The position numbers and the translations under genes were made by a program. A model generated the notes under the pieces. The model worked only from the letters and a program-made list of their open reading frames with translations. It was not told the DNA's origin and did no database searches. Below are positions 60,798 through 64,000 of a stretch of 64,000 nt of DNA, in pieces; position 1 is the first letter of the stretch, and every line of letters starts with the position of its first letter. The DNA is from Candidatus Latescibacterota bacterium (GTDB taxonomy: Bacteria; Latescibacterota; UBA2968; UBA8231), in assembly GCA_965261395.1 (NCBI GenBank), contig OZ253462.1, positions 4,512,001-4,576,000 on the forward strand, in the 5' to 3' direction.

Positions 60798-61643
60798 ATG
60801 AAATTCAGCGAAGCACAATTGGAGCAGTATCGCACGGACGGTTACGTCATCGTCGACTGTCCGTTCCCCGAGAGACTCACCGAGAAGTGCATGGCGGCGG
60901 TTGAAAAGGCGGCCCAGGATCCAACGGAGGGGTCGGCGGACGGCAGCAAGAGGAATCACTTTTACCTGCGACCGCAGCTAGCAGACTCGTACTGGTGCGC
61001 CCTCGATCACTCCCTGCCGTTCATGCAGATCATCCTGCATCCTGAAATCATCGAGCTCGGCCGTCAACTAGCTGGGGACAGCGATATCTACATGCGCAAT
61101 GGCGGCATCAATGAGCAGGCCCCGGACCGATCGGTCGGATGGCACATCGACGGAGGTCCAGGGTGGGCGGAGTTCATGCACTACTTCTCCGGGGCTTCGC
61201 GCGAAAACGGGTGTTTGCGCATTGTTCCAGGCAGTCACAATGGGCCGCCTAGCGCTCTGGAAGAGACGGCCGCCCAGCTCAGGGATAAACGAGGAATCCC
61301 CGGTTCGCAGGCCGATGACGGCTGGGAAGACGTCGCACTCGACAATGAGATTTCCCTAGAGGTTGAACCCCACCAGCTAATCGTCCGCCATGCCAAGCTG
61401 TTTCACTCCACGTGGCTCAACCGCACCAGTGCCTGTCGGTATCTGAGCCACTGGCTGTTCCATCCCCACGCGATCGACAACCACCGCTTTACGTGGGGGG
61501 ACTACCTGACGCCTGAGCTGCTCAATTCGCTGAGTCCCGAGCAGCGGGAGGTGCTGTGGCTGGAACGCGAATTCGACATCGATCCATCGTACGAGCGGGA
61601 ACGCTCGCGCGAGTTGGGACGAGTGACATGGGGAATCGTCTGA
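60798..61643 (+). CDS. PhyH family dioxygenase
   Basis: YRTDGYVIV, WHID, NGCLRIVPGSH, LFHS. Confidence 0.85.
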   Translation: MKFSEAQLEQYRTDGYVIVDCPFPERLTEKCMAAVEKAAQDPTEGSADGSKRNHFYLRPQLADSYWCALDHSLPFMQIILHPEIIELGRQLAGDSDIYMRNGGINEQAPDRSVGWHIDGGPGWAEFMHYFSGASRENGCLRIVPGSHNGPPSALEETAAQLRDKRGIPGSQADDGWEDVALDNEISLEVEPHQLIVRHAKLFHSTWLNRTSACRYLSHWLFHPHAIDNHRFTWGDYLTPELLNSLSPEQREVLWLEREFDIDPSYERERSRELGRVTWGIV

Positions 61644-61738
61644 ACAGCGGGACGGCACTCGTGGATTTCCGCTCAATCACTCTGGGATCCATTGAGTAGC
61701 ATAACGGCCCCCGCAGGATCGGCCACCCGCTGGCGATT

Positions 61739-63601
61739 TCAACCGCCTTGCTGATTTGCGCTGGCTGTAGGCGCGCCTACGCGCTCGGCCCGTTCCCATT
61801 CATCGACCAGTTCGACCATGTCCGCGGCCCCGCGGATCGCGTCAAAGGCGGACAGCTTGCCAAACCAACTCCGGCACTGGCCGTTGGCCACGAGTTGGCC
61901 GTAGATGTTGCGCAGCCGCTCCTTCCCCTCCTCCACCCGCCCCAGCGCGACGAGTGCGGTAGCCAAGTAGATGTCGCCGCGGTTGGCGAGCCGACCTTCT
62001 AGTTCCTCCTCGTTGCGCAAATAGCGCAGCGCCTCCGAATAGTGGCCGATTTCGCAAGTGGACTGCCCGGCGATGGAATAGGATCCAGCGCTCTGGTGCC
62101 GGTCGAGTGCCCAGTCGAGTTCGGTGAGGATGTCCGCGGTTGCGCGCCCTGTCTCGTGCCCCGCCCGCAGAATGCGGTCGGCGAGCGCGTAGCACACCGT
62201 CCACCAGCGGAAGTCATCGCCGTTGTGCGCACCAGCGTTTTCGTCGCCTTCTTCGGTGAGCGCCAAGGGTCGGATCTGGAGGCGCGGGTCGGAAGTGGGC
62301 AGGGCCTTGGCCCAATCGACATAGGCTCGACTATGCTCCTCCACCTCGTCCCACTGTCCCATTTCCCGGTACTGATTGGAGCAGATGCCGTAATATTGGA
62401 AGCGCTCCTCCACCGACCACTCGTCCTCGCTTTGGGCCTTGAGTGCGTCCAACTCGTCAAAGACTTCTTGGCTCAATCCCAAATGCGCGTAGGCCATGCT
62501 CATCCCGGAGGGCTGCCAAAGCGCGAAGCGGCGGCGCGGTGGCCAGTCGGTGGGCACGAGTTGGCGGGCGCGGCGGTGGCAGCGCACGCAGGCTTCCATA
62601 TGGTCGCCGCGTCCAGTGTAGTGGGCGTGGTAGTAGACGGAGATAGCCATTTTGTACAATGGGACGCTGCGCCGCCAATCGTCGAGGCGGTCGGCGGCCC
62701 TTTCGAGGCATTGGCCGCCTTCCTCGTGGCGTCCATAGTGCGAGTAGAGCTGGCCGAGCGCGCGGGCGATCTCCGGGTCGTCGGAGCCCAGGTCGCAGAC
62801 CTTGTGCAGGGCGGTGAAGGTATTGTCGAGCAGGTGGCCGTCGCTGAAGTGCGCGTCCTGCCGCAGGGCCTCGCGGGTTTCGCCGTCGAAGGCCAAGGCC
62901 AAACCGCGGTGGGCTTCGAGGTGGTCCGGCACGGCAGCGACGATGCGGTTGAAGGCTTTGCGGGCTTCGGGCCACTGGCGCTCCTGTAACAGGTGCCGGC
63001 CCCGGGCCAGTGCCTCTTGCACTACTTCCCGCGTGAAGTCCTCGGGCAGGCGGTGTTCTTGCAGGTTTTCCTTGACCATAGTTGTCATCTCCTCTTTTAG
63101 GTGGCGGCGCGCCCGGTAGAGCCGCTGCTCGACGGCAGGTACCGCAACGTCGAGGAAGGCGGCGATCCGCTTGAGTGAGAGGCCCTCGATATAAAAAAGG
63201 ACCACGGCCTGTTGTTGCGGCTGGCTCAGCCGGGCGACGGCGACCAGAACCCACTGCCGGCGCTCGCGCACAAGCACTTGTTCCGCCGCCGACGGGGCGG
63301 GATCGACGACCGTCTTTTCTTCGTCAAAGGCGACCTGTCGGCGCTGACGCCGGAGCCACATGCGACACTGGTTGGCGGCGATGGTCCGCAGCCAAGGGCC
63401 GAATTTTTGCGGCTCGGGCAGGCTTTCCAGCTTCAGGTAGGCGGCGATCAGCGCCTCCTGCGCCGCGTCCTCGGCTGCGTCGAAATCCTTGACGTAGCTC
63501 AGGCACAACCCGAAGACGGGGTAGCGGTAACGGTTGACCAAGACCGCGTAGGCACGGTGGTCCCCCTCCAAGCACGCCTCTACCAGTTGGGCGTCGTTCA
63601 C
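61739..63601 (-). CDS. ECF sigma factor with ~430-aa TPR-like C-terminal extension
   Basis: GTG start after AAGGAG; AEDAAQEA, FGPWLRTIAAN, region 4 RLYRARRHL; helical repeats downstream. Confidence 0.85.
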   Translation of the reverse strand: MNDAQLVEACLEGDHRAYAVLVNRYRYPVFGLCLSYVKDFDAAEDAAQEALIAAYLKLESLPEPQKFGPWLRTIAANQCRMWLRRQRRQVAFDEEKTVVDPAPSAAEQVLVRERRQWVLVAVARLSQPQQQAVVLFYIEGLSLKRIAAFLDVAVPAVEQRLYRARRHLKEEMTTMVKENLQEHRLPEDFTREVVQEALARGRHLLQERQWPEARKAFNRIVAAVPDHLEAHRGLALAFDGETREALRQDAHFSDGHLLDNTFTALHKVCDLGSDDPEIARALGQLYSHYGRHEEGGQCLERAADRLDDWRRSVPLYKMAISVYYHAHYTGRGDHMEACVRCHRRARQLVPTDWPPRRRFALWQPSGMSMAYAHLGLSQEVFDELDALKAQSEDEWSVEERFQYYGICSNQYREMGQWDEVEEHSRAYVDWAKALPTSDPRLQIRPLALTEEGDENAGAHNGDDFRWWTVCYALADRILRAGHETGRATADILTELDWALDRHQSAGSYSIAGQSTCEIGHYSEALRYLRNEEELEGRLANRGDIYLATALVALGRVEEGKERLRNIYGQLVANGQCRSWFGKLSAFDAIRGAADMVELVDEWERAERVGAPTASANQQGG

Positions 63602-63806
63602 GGAAACTCCTTTTTTCGAGTGCACTCGCCCTATAAATGCCTGAGACCGGAAAACATAACGCATCGCCGCGATATACTCGCGCCGCAAGACCACCCCGAT
63701 TCGGTTAAGGTTCGGGTATGATCCTGCTTGACACCAAAGGTCGCCCCTTGGCACTTTCAAAGGCGGTAGGTAATCGCAGTGTTAGGGTGAAGGACTGGAG
63801 TCAGAC

Positions 63807-63968
63807 ATGACCGAATCGTTCACGCAATGGGATGGCACGGAGCACCTGCGCACCCAAGAAGACGCGCGCCTTTACCTCGAAGCATGCGCCGAGGAAGATC
63901 CGGGCGACGGGAGTCTTATTTGCGCCGCCCTGAACGACATCGCCCGAGCGGGGAACATGATTTTCTAG
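63807..63968 (+). pseudogene. Truncated addiction-module antidote (HI1420-like)
   Basis: MTESFTQWDGTEHLRTQEDARLYLEAC..AALNDIARAGNMIF*; HTH half missing; TTGACA plus a palindrome at 63728-63752. Confidence 0.7.
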
Positions 63969-64000
63969 AATTGGAGGTGAAGAACATGGCTAGCATGACA

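Overview
GC-rich bacterial chromosomal window. The lineage is possibly Latescibacterota/Poribacteria-like; this is inferred only from three PhyH genes, two GHL10-like TIM barrels and a C-terminal AVE-x3-WG-x-VK motif. The housekeeping/metabolic backbone includes recG, mraY, a MurG-HEAT fusion, hom-apgM-asd, an argE-like peptidase, mbfA, a class I fumarase, a uronate isomerase and a selenocysteine-containing NAD-linked formate dehydrogenase that the ORF track splits at its UGA. Three small accessory patches interrupt it, each bracketed by a diverged partial copy of the neighbouring core gene with no integrase: (i) 1-2453, with a SIR2/Dsr-like gene, a PHP remnant and rmuC; (ii) 9886-13069, a decayed CRISPR-Cas relic (cas6 5' stub, IS903 end, one full and one truncated CRISPR repeat enclosing a ~0.9-kb HEPN-like pseudogene) plus DUF433 and BrnTA; (iii) 51932-55008, with HicBA, an orphan vapB, a putative abortive-infection gene and an intact IS903-group IS. 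The window also holds an ECF sigma/DUF4384 anti-sigma/caspase module, an exonuclease-RecQ-UvrD fusion broken by one in-frame TGA, and an ECF sigma with a long TPR-like tail. All family calls come from motif recognition by eye; no searches were run.
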